Assembly (NCBI GenBank): GCA_963773065.1
Contig: CAVYZN010000033.1
Location: 37,414-101,413 of the forward strand
Source: an uncultured Gammaproteobacteria bacterium
Lineage (GTDB): Bacteria; Pseudomonadota; Gammaproteobacteria; UBA9214
Length of the DNA stretch: 64,000 nt
Direction: 5' to 3'
A program made the position numbers and the translations under genes. How positions within the stretch are numbered: position 1 is the stretch's first letter; each line of letters begins with the position of its first letter. Below the pieces are notes generated by a model, which ran no database searches, was not told the origin of the DNA, and saw only the letters and a list, made by a program, of their open reading frames with translations. Below are positions 45,886 to 59,582 of the stretch, in pieces.

Positions 45886-46728
45886 TCAACGCCGGCCCAT
45901 GGTGACGCGGCTGATGCCGGCGGCATCGGCGTGGTCGCTCACCTCGCGGTAGCCCTGCGCCTGCAGCAGCCGCATCACTTTTTCTCCCTGGTCGTAGCCG
46001 TGTTCCACGATCAGCCAGCCGTCGCGGCGCAGGCGATCACGGGCGCAAGTGACGATCTCCCGCAATTCATCCATGCCATCGGGACCGGCGGCAAGGGCCA
46101 TGCGCGGCTCGTAGCGCACATCGCCTTCCTGCAGGTGCGGGTCGGTTTCGGTCACATAGGGCGGGTTGCTCAGGATGAAATCGAATGCCGCGGCGGTTAA
46201 CGCCCGGCACCACGTTCCGGCCACAAACCGCACATTGCCGAGACCCAGACGCGCGGCATTGACCCTCGCCACCGTCAGGGCAGGCCGGGATATATCCGTG
46301 GCGATGACTTCGCTGCGCGGCCGCTCCCGTGCAATCGAGAGCGCAATGGCGCCGCAGCCGGTGCCGAGGTCGGCAATGCGCAGCAGGTCGTCCACTGGCA
46401 TCTTCTCCAGCGCCAGGGCCACCAGGGTTTCGGTCTCGGGACGGGGGATCAGCGTGTCCGGGGTAACCGTCAGCGGCAGTGACCAGAATTCACGTCGCTC
46501 AAGCAGGTAGGCGACGGGTTCCCCGGCCGCCCGGCGGCTGATCAGGGCGGCAAACCGATCCCTCTGCCGCGGCTCGATCTGCCGCTCCGGCCAGGCGTGC
46601 AGGTAGCTGCGCGGCTTGTCGAGGCAGGCGGCCAGCAGAATTTCAGCTTCCAGCCGGGCGGAATCCGTGCCGAACCTGGCCGCTGCTTGCGCCAGCAGTG
46701 CACCGATGGACAGGGTCGCGCTCTCCAA
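45886..46728 (-). CDS. prmC: Release factor glutamine methyltransferase
   Basis: GEPVAY, LIPRPETE, DLGTGCG and SNPPY motifs. Confidence 0.95.
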   Translation of the reverse strand: MESATLSIGALLAQAAARFGTDSARLEAEILLAACLDKPRSYLHAWPERQIEPRQRDRFAALISRRAAGEPVAYLLERREFWSLPLTVTPDTLIPRPETETLVALALEKMPVDDLLRIADLGTGCGAIALSIARERPRSEVIATDISRPALTVARVNAARLGLGNVRFVAGTWCRALTAAAFDFILSNPPYVTETDPHLQEGDVRYEPRMALAAGPDGMDELREIVTCARDRLRRDGWLIVEHGYDQGEKVMRLLQAQGYREVSDHADAAGISRVTMGRR

Positions 46729-46743
46729 AACGGCGCCGGTGGG

Positions 46744-47835
46744 CTAACGGTCCTGCGACTCCAGCGCCGCGAGCTGGTCGGCCTGGTGTTCGCTGATGAG
46801 CGGGTCGATCAGGGGGTCGAGGTTGCCGGCGATGATGTCGTCGAGCTTGTAGAGCGTGAGGTTGATGCGGTGGTCGGTCACGCGCCCTTGCGGGAAATTA
46901 TAGGTGCGGATGCGCTCGGAGCGGTCCCCGCTGCCGACCAGGGAGCGGCGCGCCGCGGTTTCCTCGGCCTTTTGTTTTTCCCGTTGCGCGTTGAGCAGGC
47001 GCGCGGCCAGCAGCGACATGGCCCGGGCGCGATTCTTGTGCTGGGAACGCTCTTCCTGGCATTCGACCACGATGCCGGTGGGCAGATGCGTCAGGCGGAT
47101 CGCCGAGTCGGTCTTGTTGACGTGCTGCCCGCCGGCGCCGGAGGCGCGATAGGTATCGACCTTGAGGTCGGCGGGGTTGATCTCGATCGGGTCGATCTCA
47201 TCCGCCTCGGGAAGTATCGCCACCGTGGCGGCCGAGGTGTGGATGCGGCCCTGGGATTCCGTTTCGGGCACCCGCTGCACGCGGTGCGCCCCGGACTCGA
47301 ATTTGAGGCGGGAATAGGCCCCCTGGCCGATGAGGCGCGCGATGACCTCCTTGTAGCCGCCGTGTTCGCCCGGGCTTACGCTGAGTATCTCGATCTGCCA
47401 TTTGCGTAACTCCGCGTAGCGTGCATACATGCGGAAGAGATCGCCGGCGAAGATCGCCGCCTCGTCGCCGCCCGTGCCGGCGCGCACTTCCAGGAAGATG
47501 TTGCTGTTATCGTGCGGGTCAGCCGGCAATAGCAGCTTCTGAATTTCGCCCTCCAATGCGCCGATGCGGGCATCGGCGGCCGCGATTTCCTCCCCGGCCA
47601 TCTCCTGCACGCCGGGGTCCGGATCCCTCAGCATCTCCGCGGCGCTGGCGAGATCATCCTGGGCCTTGCGCCAGGCGCGGAAGCTTTTCACCAGCGGGGT
47701 CAATTGCGCATATTCCATCGAAAGCTGCCGGTATCTGTCCTGGTTCGCGATCGTCTGTGCATCGGAGAGCAGGGCGCTCACTTCCGTGTGATGTTCCTCG
47801 ATGCTTTCTAGCTTGCTGAGTAGGGATGGCTTCAT
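46744..47835 (-). CDS. prfA: Peptide chain release factor 1
   Basis: [17 protein letters not shown] (PxT) and GAGGQHVN; start MKPSLL at 47835. Confidence 0.96.
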   Translation of the reverse strand: MKPSLLSKLESIEEHHTEVSALLSDAQTIANQDRYRQLSMEYAQLTPLVKSFRAWRKAQDDLASAAEMLRDPDPGVQEMAGEEIAAADARIGALEGEIQKLLLPADPHDNSNIFLEVRAGTGGDEAAIFAGDLFRMYARYAELRKWQIEILSVSPGEHGGYKEVIARLIGQGAYSRLKFESGAHRVQRVPETESQGRIHTSAATVAILPEADEIDPIEINPADLKVDTYRASGAGGQHVNKTDSAIRLTHLPTGIVVECQEERSQHKNRARAMSLLAARLLNAQREKQKAEETAARRSLVGSGDRSERIRTYNFPQGRVTDHRINLTLYKLDDIIAGNLDPLIDPLISEHQADQLAALESQDR

Positions 47836-47864
47836 GGCAATGCAAACGTCTGCCCCGGTCCGGT

Positions 47865-49124
47865 TCAGTCGGTATCCTTCAGTTTGAACAGGGTACGGAC
47901 GGTCTCCAGCAGGGCGGTCTGGCCGTTCTCGACGGCCTCGCGCAGATTCACGCTGGGCTCGTGGGCGAGCTTGTTGATGAGGTTGCGCGTGAGCAGCTCG
48001 ATGACCTGTTGCGGGTCCTCGCCAAGGGAGAGGCGCTGGCGCGCTTTCCTCAGCTCGATCTCGCCGACGGCCCGGGCATGGTCGCGGTAGGCGCATATGG
48101 CAGGGACGGCATCCAGTGATTGCAGCCAGGCCATGAAGCGCTCGACCTGCGAATCGATGATCTCCTCGGCCTGTTCAGCCGCTTGCTGGCGTGACTTGAA
48201 GTTATCCTCGATGACCTCCTTGAGATTGTCGATGGTGTAGAGGTACACGTCGTTGAGTTCGCCCACACGCGGGTCGATGTCGGGAGGGACGGCGATGTCG
48301 ACCATGAAAATCGGCCGGTGCTTGCGGCCGCGAATGGCCTCACAAACCAGGTCCTTGTCGAGAATATAATCCGGGCTGCCGGTGGAGGAGATCACGATGT
48401 CGGCCTCCGCCAGGTGCGCGGGTATCTGGGAGAGCGCGATTCCGAAGCCGTTGAAGAGGGCGGCCAGGTCGAGTGCGCGTTCAACCGTACGGTTGGCGAT
48501 GATCATCTGGCCGATGCCGTGTTCATGCAGGTGGCGGGCGGCCAGTTCGATGGTCTCGCCGGCGCCGATCAGCAGCGCCGTCTGTTTCTCGAACGTCCCG
48601 AAGATCTGCCTGGCAAGACTGACTGCGGCGAAGGCCACGGAGACCGGGCTTGCGCCTATGGCCGTGTCGGTGCGAATCTGCTTGGCGACCGAGAAGGTAT
48701 GCTGGAACAGGCGGTTTCCCAGGGTGTCCAGGGTGCCCGCCTCGGTTGCCAGTTGATAGGTGGCTTTCATCTGCCCCAGGATCTGCGGCTCCCCGAGGAT
48801 CATCGAATCCAGCCCGGCGGCCACGCGAAGGATATGGCGCACGGCGTCTGCTCCCGAATAGGCATAGAGATGCGGTTCCAGGGTGCCTTGCTCCAGGCCG
48901 TGAAACCGGCACAACCAGTCCGTCAGCTCCTCCAGCCGCTCATCCTGTTTAGCGCAATACAGCTCCGTCCGGTTACAGGTCGACAGGATGGCCGCTTCGC
49001 GCACGCTCTCGAGCGCCGTTAGTTCGCTCAGGGCGCGCGGGAGCTGCTCGGCGGGAAACGCCACCTGCCCGCGAATTTCCACGGGGGCCGTACGGTGGTT
49101 GATGCCGAGGACCAGCAGGTGCAT
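47865..49124 (-). CDS. hemA: Glutamyl-tRNA reductase
   Basis: [26 protein letters not shown] and DIAVP.D motifs. Confidence 0.96.
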   Translation of the reverse strand: MHLLVLGINHRTAPVEIRGQVAFPAEQLPRALSELTALESVREAAILSTCNRTELYCAKQDERLEELTDWLCRFHGLEQGTLEPHLYAYSGADAVRHILRVAAGLDSMILGEPQILGQMKATYQLATEAGTLDTLGNRLFQHTFSVAKQIRTDTAIGASPVSVAFAAVSLARQIFGTFEKQTALLIGAGETIELAARHLHEHGIGQMIIANRTVERALDLAALFNGFGIALSQIPAHLAEADIVISSTGSPDYILDKDLVCEAIRGRKHRPIFMVDIAVPPDIDPRVGELNDVYLYTIDNLKEVIEDNFKSRQQAAEQAEEIIDSQVERFMAWLQSLDAVPAICAYRDHARAVGEIELRKARQRLSLGEDPQQVIELLTRNLINKLAHEPSVNLREAVENGQTALLETVRTLFKLKDTD

Positions 49125-49284
49125 AAGAGGGTTAATGAGAACCGTCGAAGAATCTTAAAATTCTGCATGGTGAGATGCTTTAATACAAGCGGCAAGCCGT
49201 TTCAGCGCCGAAGGCGCGGACCAGGGCGATCGCCGGGGTAAGGCCCGTTGAAATTGCAACTAATTAAATGAACAAACTGCTAGA

Positions 49285-51056
49285 ATGGCGCGCATGTCTT
49301 TAGATGAAGTTCTCGGGCGCGGCATCCGACCGGGTGCCTGGCTGGTGATCTTGACCGCATCGATCCTGGTAGCCTGTGCCCACTCCGGCGGCAAGGAGGC
49401 CGTGCGCCCCGCGACACCGGCGCCCGCCGCGGCGCAGGAGGCGGCTGTCGAACCGGCGGGTGCGAAGCAGGAGCCGCTGACGGAGCAATTGCTGTTTGAC
49501 ATCCTGCTGGGTGAAATTGCCGGTCAGCGCGGGCGGCTCGATGTCGCGGCCCCTCATTACCTGGATGCCGCGCTGAATTCAAATTCCCCCCAGGTCGCCG
49601 AACGGGCCGTACAGATAGCCACCTTCGCACGGCAGTACGATATCGCCCTGCGTGCGGCGCGTCGCTGGCTGGCGCTCGACGGCGACAATGTCGAGGCGCG
49701 CAAAGTGGTTACCGCGCTGGCGCTGAAGGTTGGCGACACGGAGGAAGTGATCGCCCAACTGGACCACATTATCGCCACGTCAGCAAACCCACAGGAGGGT
49801 TTCCAGATTGCGACGGTCATTCTGGCCCAGCACACCGATAAAACGACGGCGCTGGCGGCCATCGAACAGCTCGCGGCCCGCTATCCCGACAGCGTCGATG
49901 CCCGGCTTGCGGTCTGCCGGATCGCCGTCCTCGCCGAGGATCTCGACCGGGCGCAGGCAGCGGTCGATCAGTGCTCTGCAGTTACAGCCGGACCTGCCGC
50001 AGGCACTGGTTCTGAAGGCACAGATCCTGATCAAACAGGACAAGAAGCCGCAGGCGCTGCAGGTTCTCGAAAAGGCGGTCGGTCAACAGCCGCAGAGTGG
50101 CGAGCTGCACCTGGCCTATGGGCGGATGCTGCTCGATGCCGGAGACACGGAGGGCTCCAGGGAACAGTTCCGCGCCGTGGTAAAGCTGTCGCCCGATAAT
50201 ACCGACGCGGTTTATTCCCTGGCATTGCTGGAACTGGAAACCGGCCAGTTGGAAGCCGGTGAGCAGCACCTGAAACAGTTGCTGGACGTGGAAGACAAGC
50301 GGCAAAGCGTCTATTACTATCTCGGGTACGCCGCGCAGGAAAGAGGCGACGTTGAGGCGGCGCTCCAATGGTACGGCAAGGTCGAAGAGGGTGAATACTG
50401 GACCCAGTCCCGCCTGCGCATGGCGAAGCTCCTCGCCGGAAAGGGGCGCCTCGACGAGGTGCGCAAGGAGATGCAGACGCTGCGCCGGAACAACCCCGAA
50501 AATGCCGTCGACTATTATCTGATCGAGGGGCAGGTGCTGTCCGACCTGGCGATGTACCAGGAGGCCTCTGACCTTTACGCCGAGGCGCTGGAAAGTCACC
50601 CCCAGGAAGAGGACTTGCTCTACGCCCAGGCGCTGGTGGCCGAACAGCTCGATCGTGTCGATGTCGCCGAAAAGTACATGCGGCTGATTCTGGAGCAGGA
50701 TCCGGACAATGTCAGGACTCTCAATGCCCTTGGCTATACATTGGCCGACCGGACCGACCGCTACGCCGAGGCGCTGCAGTATATCGAGAAGGCCTATGCG
50801 CAGAAGCCGGACGATCCGGCGATTATCGACAGCATGGGCTGGGTGCAGTATCGCCTCGGCAACCTGGATCAGGCCCAGCGCTATTTGCAGCAGGCCTACG
50901 ACATGACCGGAGACGGTGAAATCGGCGCGCATCTCGGTGAGGTGCTGTGGATGCAGGGCGATCAGGCCGGCGCGCGCCGGGTGTGGGAAAAGTCCCTCGA
51001 AGACCGCACCCGATAATCCGGTTCTCAAGGAAATCACCAAACGCTTCATGCCGTGA
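49285..51056 (+). CDS. TPR-repeat lipoprotein (hemA-divergent), frameshifted
   Basis: Lipobox LVAC; TPR helices; LNALGYTLAD, IIDSMGW and AHLGEVLW. Confidence 0.85.
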
Positions 51057-51678
51057 GAGCGATTGCCGGTCTAATCCTGCTGCTGATCCTGACGGGTTGT
51101 GCAACCAAACCCCCGCGCGAGGCCGACAGGGCGGCCGCGTTCGAGCCGTCGGCCCGCGATACGCGGTCTGGCAATTCAAGGGCCGGGTCTCGTTGATCAA
51201 GGGCGAGCAGGGGTGGCACGCCAGCCTGAACTGGCGCGAGGATGCCGGGCGCTACCGTCTGGATCTGAGCGGTCCGCTCGGGCAGGGCGCGGTGCGAGTG
51301 GATGGCGACGGCGCGGGCGTGCGGCTGCAGACCGCCGATGGGCGGGATTATGTCGCGCAGGATGCCGATGCCCTGGTGCAATCGGTGACCGGTTGGCATT
51401 TTCCCGTGGCCGGCATCCGCTACTGGGTGCGCGGTGTCCCGGTGCCGGAGGAACAGGCCGTGATTAACACAGACCGCAACGGGCGGCTGGTTCACCTCGT
51501 GCAAGCCGGCTGGGATATCACCTATGACCGTTTTCAGGATCTGGACGGGCGCGCCTGGCCGACCCGCCTGCGCCTGAGCACGGCGGATATCAGCGTTCGT
51601 CTCGTGGTGGATGAATGGACGCTGGGGGATGCCCCGGATGGCGGCCTGCCGAAAACGGCATCCGACCCGAGGCCATGA
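51053..51678 (+). CDS. lolB: Outer-membrane lipoprotein insertase LolB, frameshifted
   Basis: GTG start, lipobox [23 protein letters not shown] and Q.GW.I.Y. Confidence 0.88.
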
Positions 51679-52567
51679 TGGATCCGGTGATTCCGGCCGG
51701 AGCGCAGGGTCCCTGGCCCGCGCCGGCCAAGCTCAACCTGTTCCTGCATATCACCGGACGGCGCGACGACGGTTACCATACCCTGCAGACGGTGTTCCAG
51801 TTCCTGGACCGTGCCGACCGGCTGTATTTTGTACCCAGGGCGGACGCCGCGATTCGCCGCTACGGCGGCCCGCCCGGCGTTCCCGCCGAAGCGGATCTCT
51901 GCGTGCGCGCCGCCCGCCTGTTGCAGGAAGCGACGGGCATACGCAAGGGTGTCGATATCTACAATGAAAAGCGCCTGCCCACCGGGGGCGGTCTGGGCGG
52001 GGAAGCTCCGATGCGGCCACCACCCTGTGGGTGCTGAACCGATTGTGGGAGGGGGCGCTGGAGCCGGCGCAACTGGCCGAACTGGGGCTCCGTCTGGGCG
52101 CCGATGTGCCGGTCTTCCTCTTCGGTCACGCGGCCTGGGCCGAAGGCGTCGGCGAGATCCTGACCGCCGTCGATCCGCCGCAACCGTGGTATCTCGTGGT
52201 TCATCCCGCGATAAGCGTATCAACGGCCGCTGTTTTCTCCGACCCTGAATTGACACGGAATACGCCGCGGATGACAATACGCAACTTTCTTTCGGGCGGC
52301 GGACATAATGACTGCGAGGCGGTCGTCAGGCGCAGACATCCCGGCGTAGCGGCGGCGCTCGACTGGTTGGACAGGTTCTCCCCGGCGCGCCTGACCGGCA
52401 CCGGCGCCTGTGTCTTCGCGGCCTTCGAATCGCAGGCGGACGCTCAGGCGGTCGAGCGGCAACTGCCGGACGGCTGGAGCGGCTTCGTCGCCCGCGGGGT
52501 CAACCGGTCCCCCCTGCGGGAGGTGATGGAGCGATGCCGCGGCGGCCTCGCGCAAGCGTCGCCTTGA
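51675..52567 (+). CDS. ispE: 4-diphosphocytidyl-2C-methyl-D-erythritol kinase, frameshifted
   Basis: [21 protein letters not shown] and LTGTG motifs. Confidence 0.94.
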
Positions 52568-52575
52568 AAGGTCAT

Positions 52576-52650
52576 TGGGACGTCGCCAAGTGGTAAGGCA
52601 CGGGGTTTTGATCCCCGCATTCGCAGGTTCGAATCCTGCCGTCCCAGCCA
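52576..52650 (+). tRNA. tRNA-Gln(TTG)
   Basis: Cloverleaf TGGGACG/CGTCCCA, anticodon stem CGGGG-TTTTGAT-CCCCG, GGTTCGAATCC, encoded CCA; usual ispE-tRNA-Gln-prs position. Confidence 0.96.
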
Positions 52651-52687
52651 AATAAGCCGGCCCCACAGCGGTGGGGGCCGCGGGCCC

Positions 52688-52710
52688 AGGTCATTCTGCC
52701 GTCCCAGCCA
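52688..52710 (+). repeat. Duplication of the tRNA-Gln 3' end and leader
   Basis: CTGCCGTCCCAGCCA at 52636-52650 and 52696-52710; AGGTCATT at 52569-52576 and 52688-52695. Confidence 0.75.
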
Positions 52711-52778
52711 TGCACGTCGGCGCCGTTGCGATGAGCCGGTACAATAACCGTTCCGTTAACTACGAAGCTGAGTCGATT

Positions 52779-53753
52779 ATGAATGGTTTGTCTGCGTCCG
52801 ATTCCGATTCCCGAATGATGGTGTTTTCGGGTAACGCGAACCGCAAACTGGCGCAGGATATCGTGAACCAGTTGCGCCTGAACCTGGGCAACGCGCTGGT
52901 CGGACGCTTCAGTGACGCGGAAGTCCATGTCGAGATCTTGGAGAACGTGCGCGGCAGGGACGTCTTTATCGTCCAGCCGACCTGCGCGCCCACCAACGAC
53001 AACCTGATGGAGTTGCTGGTGATCATCGATGCGGTGCGCCGTTCCTCGGCCTGGCGCATCACCGCGGTGATCCCGTATTTCGGCTATGCGCGCCAGGACC
53101 GGCGCCCGCGCTCGGCGCGCGTACCGATCACGGCCAAGGTGGTGGCACAGATGATCAGCACCGTGAAAGCCGACCGGGTGCTGACGGTGGATCTGCATTC
53201 CGACCAGATTCAGGGATTCTTCGATATCCCGGTGGACAATGTGTATGCTTCGCCGATACTGCTGGGCGATATCTGGCGGCAGAAACACCCAAACCTCGTG
53301 GTGGTCTCGCCCGACGTCGGCGGGGTGGTCAGGGCGCGCGCCCTGGCCAAACGGCTGGATGATGCCGAGCTGGCGATCATCGACAAGCGCCGGCCCAGGC
53401 CGAATGTCGCCAAGGTGATGAATATCATCGGCGAGGTCGAGGGACGCAGTTGTGTCATGGTCGATGACCTGGTGGATACCGCCGGCACCCTGTGCCGGGC
53501 CGCCGAGGCCCTGAAGCGGGAAGGGGCGGTGCGCGTGGTGGCCTATTGCACCCACCCCGTGCTCTCCGGCAAGGCGGTGCAGAACATCGAGGCGTCGGTC
53601 CTCGATGAACTGGTGGTAACGGATACCATCCCGTTGTCGGAGAGCGCGCAGGCCTGCAAACGCATCCGGCAGTTGAGCATTGCCACGATGCTGGCGGAGA
53701 CCATGCGCCGCGTCAGCATGGAGGAGTCCGTCAGCTCGCTTTATATGGATTGA
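52779..53753 (+). CDS. prs: Ribose-phosphate pyrophosphokinase
   Basis: [24 protein letters not shown] and DDLVDTAGT motifs. Confidence 0.96.
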   Translation: MNGLSASDSDSRMMVFSGNANRKLAQDIVNQLRLNLGNALVGRFSDAEVHVEILENVRGRDVFIVQPTCAPTNDNLMELLVIIDAVRRSSAWRITAVIPYFGYARQDRRPRSARVPITAKVVAQMISTVKADRVLTVDLHSDQIQGFFDIPVDNVYASPILLGDIWRQKHPNLVVVSPDVGGVVRARALAKRLDDAELAIIDKRRPRPNVAKVMNIIGEVEGRSCVMVDDLVDTAGTLCRAAEALKREGAVRVVAYCTHPVLSGKAVQNIEASVLDELVVTDTIPLSESAQACKRIRQLSIATMLAETMRRVSMEESVSSLYMD

Positions 53754-53802
53754 ACCACGGTTAACCGCGGACGCGTCCCTCTCCGGTGACGCGTCCGTAC
53801 CC

Positions 53803-53832
53803 TGTCTTCGCCTGGTCGCGGGTGAAGATACA
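53803..53832 (+). promoter_or_regulatory. Putative L25 (rplY) leader hairpin
   Basis: TGTCTTCGCCTGGTCGCGGGTGAAGATACA stem-loop with the CTGGTCGCGG core I recall upstream of proteobacterial rplY. Confidence 0.5.
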
Positions 53833-53869
53833 ACGAACGCCGCAAGGCGTGTTTTTCTGGAGATGAAAC

Positions 53870-54541
53870 ATGGCTGTCAGCTTTGAACTCAATGCGGAAC
53901 CGCGCAATGACACGGGTAAGGGTGCGAGCCGCCGCCTGCGTCACGCGGGCAGGGTGCCCGCCATCCTGTACGGCGGCAGAGAACAACCTCAGGCGCTTAC
54001 CCTGGATCACAACGAGGTGCTGCGCAGCCTCGAGCACGAGGCGTTCTACTCGCACATACTCACCGTCAACATCGGCGGCACGGGGACGCATGCGGTCCTG
54101 CGCGACCTGCAGCGCCACCCGAGCAAGCCGTACATCATGCACGTCGATCTGCAGCGCGTAACCGCAACCGAGAAGCTCCGCATGCACGTGCCCCTGCACT
54201 TCCTCGGCGAGGACATCGCCCCGGGTATCAAGCTCGGCGGCGGCATGGTCATGCACGAACTCATCGAAGTGGAAGTCGAGTGTCTGCCCCAGGACCTGCC
54301 GGAATACATCGAGGTGGATATCTCCGCACTCGATGTGGGCGATGCACTGCACCTCTCCGACCTTAAGGTCCCGCCGAGCCTGACGCTGACCGAACTGGCC
54401 CGCGGCGCGGATCACGACCTTGTCGTGGTCTCGATTCATGCCCGTCGCGCCGGCGGCGAGGAAGAAGAAGAGAGCGCCGCCGCCCCCGCCGCCGAGGGTG
54501 TGCCGCCGCCCGCCGAAGGCTCAAGCACCGTTAAGCCTTGA
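53870..54541 (+). CDS. rplY: 50S ribosomal protein L25/Ctc
   Basis: [21 protein letters not shown] and HVDLQR; long Ctc form. Confidence 0.96.
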   Translation: MAVSFELNAEPRNDTGKGASRRLRHAGRVPAILYGGREQPQALTLDHNEVLRSLEHEAFYSHILTVNIGGTGTHAVLRDLQRHPSKPYIMHVDLQRVTATEKLRMHVPLHFLGEDIAPGIKLGGGMVMHELIEVEVECLPQDLPEYIEVDISALDVGDALHLSDLKVPPSLTLTELARGADHDLVVVSIHARRAGGEEEEESAAAPAAEGVPPPAEGSSTVKP

Positions 54542-55116
54542 CGGCCATACGGCTCGTTGCCGGGTTGGGCAATCCCGGAGCAAAGTACGAACAGACCCGG
54601 CATAACGCCGGGTTCTGGTTTGTGGACGAGGTCGCGCGCCGCTACGCGGGCCAGTTCCGCCCCGAGACCCGCTTCGGGAGCGATGTGGCAAGTTGTATCA
54701 TCGCGGGACAGGAGTGCCGCCTGCAGAAACCGCTGGAGTTCATGAACCGCAGCGGCCGGCCGGTTGCCTCCCTCGCCGCCTTTTACCGGATTCCGCGCGA
54801 TGCCATCCTCGTGGTGCATGACGATCTCGATCTGCCGCCCGGCACGGTGCGGCTCAAGCAGGATGGCGGTCACGGCGGGCACAACGGCCTGCGCGACCTG
54901 ATTCCCAGCCTCGGCGGCAACGATTTTCCGCGGCTGCGTTTCGGCATCGGACATCCCGGCCATCGCGACGACGTGGTCGGTTATGTGCTCAGGCCCGCCG
55001 CGCGTGATGAGCGGGCGGCCATCGATGCGGCCATCGCGGCGGCGCTCCAGGTGTTGCCCGATATCATCGCCGGCAACCTGGATGCCGCCATGAAGGAGTT
55101 GCATACCGCCACGTAG
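54538..55116 (+). CDS. pth: Peptidyl-tRNA hydrolase
   Basis: GLGNPG..Y..TRHNAG, FMNRSG, HDDLD and GGHNG motifs. Confidence 0.96.
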   Translation: MTAIRLVAGLGNPGAKYEQTRHNAGFWFVDEVARRYAGQFRPETRFGSDVASCIIAGQECRLQKPLEFMNRSGRPVASLAAFYRIPRDAILVVHDDLDLPPGTVRLKQDGGHGGHNGLRDLIPSLGGNDFPRLRFGIGHPGHRDDVVGYVLRPAARDERAAIDAAIAAALQVLPDIIAGNLDAAMKELHTAT

Positions 55117-55176
55117 GGTGCGCCGTGCGCACCGTAACTGTTTAGCAACCTCCTGGTGCGCAGGGCGCACCCTACG
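55112..55176. repeat. Second GTAG-type REP doublet (different family)
   Basis: CGTAGGGTGCGCCGTGCGCACC ... GGTGCGCAGGGCGCACCCTACG. Confidence 0.82.
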
Positions 55177-55184
55177 GGATAACT

Positions 55185-56276
55185 ATGAGCGTCAAATGCG
55201 GCATCGTCGGCCTGCCCAACGTGGGCAAGTCCACCCTGTTCAACGCCCTCACCGAGGCGGGCATCCAGGCGGAGAACTATCCGTTCTGCACCATCGACCC
55301 GAATATCGGCATCGTGCCGATGCCGGATCCGCGTCTCGACCGGCTGGCGGAGATCGTCAAACCGCAGAAGGTCCTGCATACCACCATGGAGTTCGTCGAT
55401 ATCGCCGGACTCGTGGCCGGGGCGTCGAAGGGCGAGGGGTTGGGCAACAAGTTCCTGGCCAACATCCGCGAGACGGACGCCATCTGCCAGGTGGTGCGCT
55501 GCTTCGATGACGACAACGTGGTGCACGTCAGCGGGCGCGTCGATCCGGTGCGCGACATCGAGGTCGTCAACACCGAACTGGCGCTGGCCGACCTGGAGAC
55601 CGTGGAGAAGGGCATCACCCGGACCGCCAAGGCCGCCAAGAGCGGCGAGAAGGAGGCGCGGGCGCGGCTGGCGCTCCTCGAAGCCGTGCGCGCGCACCTG
55701 GACACCGGCCGCCTGGTCATCGGCATGGGCCTGGACGAGGAACAGCAGCAGGCCATTTACGACCTGCACCTGCTCACCGCCAAGCCGGTGATGTACGTCG
55801 CCAACGTCAGGGAGGACGGTTTCGAGGACAACCCCTACCTGGAATCGGTGCGGCGCATCGCAGTCGAGCAGGGGGCCGAGACGGTTGCGGTGTGCGCCGC
55901 CATCGAGGCCGAATTGACTGCACTGGAGGCCGCCGACCGTCTGGCCTATCTGGCGGAGCTGGGATTCGAGGAACCGGGCCTCAACCGCGTGATCCGCGCC
56001 GGCTATAAATTGCTCGGCCTGCAGACCTACTTCACCGCCGGTCCCAAGGAGGTGCGCGCCTGGACCGTGAAGGTCGGCGCCACGGCGCCGCAGGCCGCCG
56101 GCGTGATCCACACCGATTTCGAGAAGGGCTTCATCCGCGCCGAAGTCGTTTCCTACGACGACTTCATCGCCTGTCACGGCGAACACGGCGCCAAGGAGGC
56201 CGGCAAGTTGCGCCTGGAAGGCAAGGACTACATCGTCAAGGACGGCGATGTCATGCACTTCCGCTTCAACGTGTAG
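55185..56276 (+). CDS. ychF: Redox-regulated ATPase YchF
   Basis: [22 protein letters not shown] and TGS domain ending FRFNV. Confidence 0.97.
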   Translation: MSVKCGIVGLPNVGKSTLFNALTEAGIQAENYPFCTIDPNIGIVPMPDPRLDRLAEIVKPQKVLHTTMEFVDIAGLVAGASKGEGLGNKFLANIRETDAICQVVRCFDDDNVVHVSGRVDPVRDIEVVNTELALADLETVEKGITRTAKAAKSGEKEARARLALLEAVRAHLDTGRLVIGMGLDEEQQQAIYDLHLLTAKPVMYVANVREDGFEDNPYLESVRRIAVEQGAETVAVCAAIEAELTALEAADRLAYLAELGFEEPGLNRVIRAGYKLLGLQTYFTAGPKEVRAWTVKVGATAPQAAGVIHTDFEKGFIRAEVVSYDDFIACHGEHGAKEAGKLRLEGKDYIVKDGDVMHFRFNV

Positions 56277-56410
56277 CCGATCTTGCCGGCGCGCCCTCGG
56301 CCGCGAACATCCCGCCGGCTGGCCGGCTCCCATATGCCTCGCATGCGCCTGAAGCAGCAAGAGAACTTGTCCCGGGACGCCATAATCGGGTAATCTGGCA
56401 TCCCCTCCAT

Positions 56411-56487
56411 GGCTACGTAGCTCAGCCGGTTAGAGCACAGCACTCATAATGCTGGGGTCGGTGGTTCGAGCCCACCCGTAGCCACCA
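56411..56487 (+). tRNA. tRNA-Met(CAT), elongator type
   Basis: GGCTACG/CGTAGCC acceptor stem, CAGCA-CTCATAA-TGCTG anticodon arm, GGTTCGAG, CCA end. Confidence 0.95.
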
Positions 56488-56531
56488 AAATAGTCTTTTA
56501 AAATCAGGCCATTACGGTGGCGTCTGAACGG

Positions 56532-57660
56532 CTAGGCTCTGCGCAGTACAACCATTACGGGACTTTTACGGGACTTTTGTCCGCACACCCGGTTGGCGGC
56601 CTCGATGAGGTTCTGTAACTCCGCCGCCGAGTAGTGCGTGGTAATGCGCCCCGACTTGTGTCCCAGCAGATCCTGACGGTCCTCGAATGACACACCGGCC
56701 GCTCGCAAGCGGCGTCCAAAGGTGTGCTTCAGGTCATGAACCCGAAAGGCACGGAATCCTTCCGGGCAATCACGACCAAACACCTTCGGGTACTGCTCCG
56801 CCGCCAGCTGTCGGCTCCGCTTCCATGCGGTGTTGTGCATCCGTGTGATCCGGCGTCCGCGATAGGTGAATACAAACTCGGGATCGCTCCCGCGCTGTTC
56901 CTCAATCACGGACGTGGCCACGGTGTTTAACACCACCAACCGTTCGCTGCCGTTCTTTACCTGCACATCCGGGATAATGAAGACCGAGGTCTCCAACTCC
57001 GGCACCTTGATCTCCCAGTCCCAGCGCAGCCCACAGACTTCCTGTTCCCGGCAGCCGGTATTCACCTTGAATAACGCCATACGCTGCAAGTGAGCCGGTA
57101 ACAAGGGAAACAACAACCGCTGTTCCTCCCAGGACAGTGGATACGGTTTGCGTGCATCCAGGTTCTTGGGTAACTGAATCAGTGGCGGTGTTTCCAGCCA
57201 CGAGAGTCCGTGTTCGTCCCGCCAAAGCCGCGCAGCCAGATTCAATACCCGGCGAACAGCGGCCAGATCGCGACGTGTTGTTCCGCTGCGTATGCCTTGC
57301 TTCCTTCGATCCCGGATATAGGGTTCCAGTGTTCCCATGTGTACCTGGGTCAATGGTAGATGCCCGATATACGGATCCAGCAATCGCAAGGCTTGTGCGT
57401 TACGTTCCAGACTCCTCAACTCACCGGCATCCATGGCATCTTCCAGATACTTGGTCGCTGCCTGCCGAAACGTTCTCTCTGGTCTTACTCCGTAGACCCT
57501 TGCTTGCCGCAGCTCTTCAATGCGCCGTGCAAGATAGGCTTCCGCTTCCCCGAGGTTGCGCGCGCCAGTGCTTTCGCAAAGGCGGCTTCCCCGGATTTGT
57601 TTGTCGATGTGCCAGATCCCGTGTTGCTTAACGAGCCCTGGCGTCCTATTTACGTCCCAT
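56532..57660 (-). CDS. Tyrosine recombinase/phage-type integrase (1-nt insertion just after the start)
   Basis: TGCR, VKNG, HDLKHTFGRRL, LLGH and TTHY catalytic motifs; N-terminal arm domain MGRK-RTPGLVKQHGIWHIDKQI. Confidence 0.92.
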
Positions 57661-57662
57661 GT

Positions 57663-59202
<1,540 letters not shown>

Positions 59203-59339
59203 ACTTAGCTTTTTCGAAGCCGCGAATCGGCTAAGTTGGGTTAATGTGACAAGGCGGGCCAAATCTGCCGCGAAATAGCTTGGGAAATTGCCACTGAATT
59301 AATCTGAAAGACAACACCACTGTATACGTGAGCGCCTCC

Positions 59340-59415
59340 TGCGGATCGGTGGCCGACAGCGTTTGCAAGCTGAACACCTTGCGGCCCGCCTGCGGACCCA
59401 CCGCGATGCGGTAGA
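59340..59415 (-). pseudogene. IS91/ISCR-family transposase remnant
   Basis: YRIAVGPQAGRKVFSLQTL matches a conserved segment of IS91-family transposases. Confidence 0.6.
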
Positions 59416-59582
59416 CCACCACCATCCGTCACTACTATTCGGTGCGCTATTCGCGCAATCGCGTGCTGGAAACCAGTTACGAAACGGAGTAGCCCCCGTT
59501 TCGGTCCCCTGTTAGCAACTGCCGATGCCGATGGCCGCGTTTACTTCGATTTGACGCAGCTCCGCCATCAGCCCAATGGCGG

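Noticed and set aside
47836-48096. N-terminally extended RF1 (450 aa)
   Set aside because: The extension overlaps hemA; homology starts at MKPSLL (47835).
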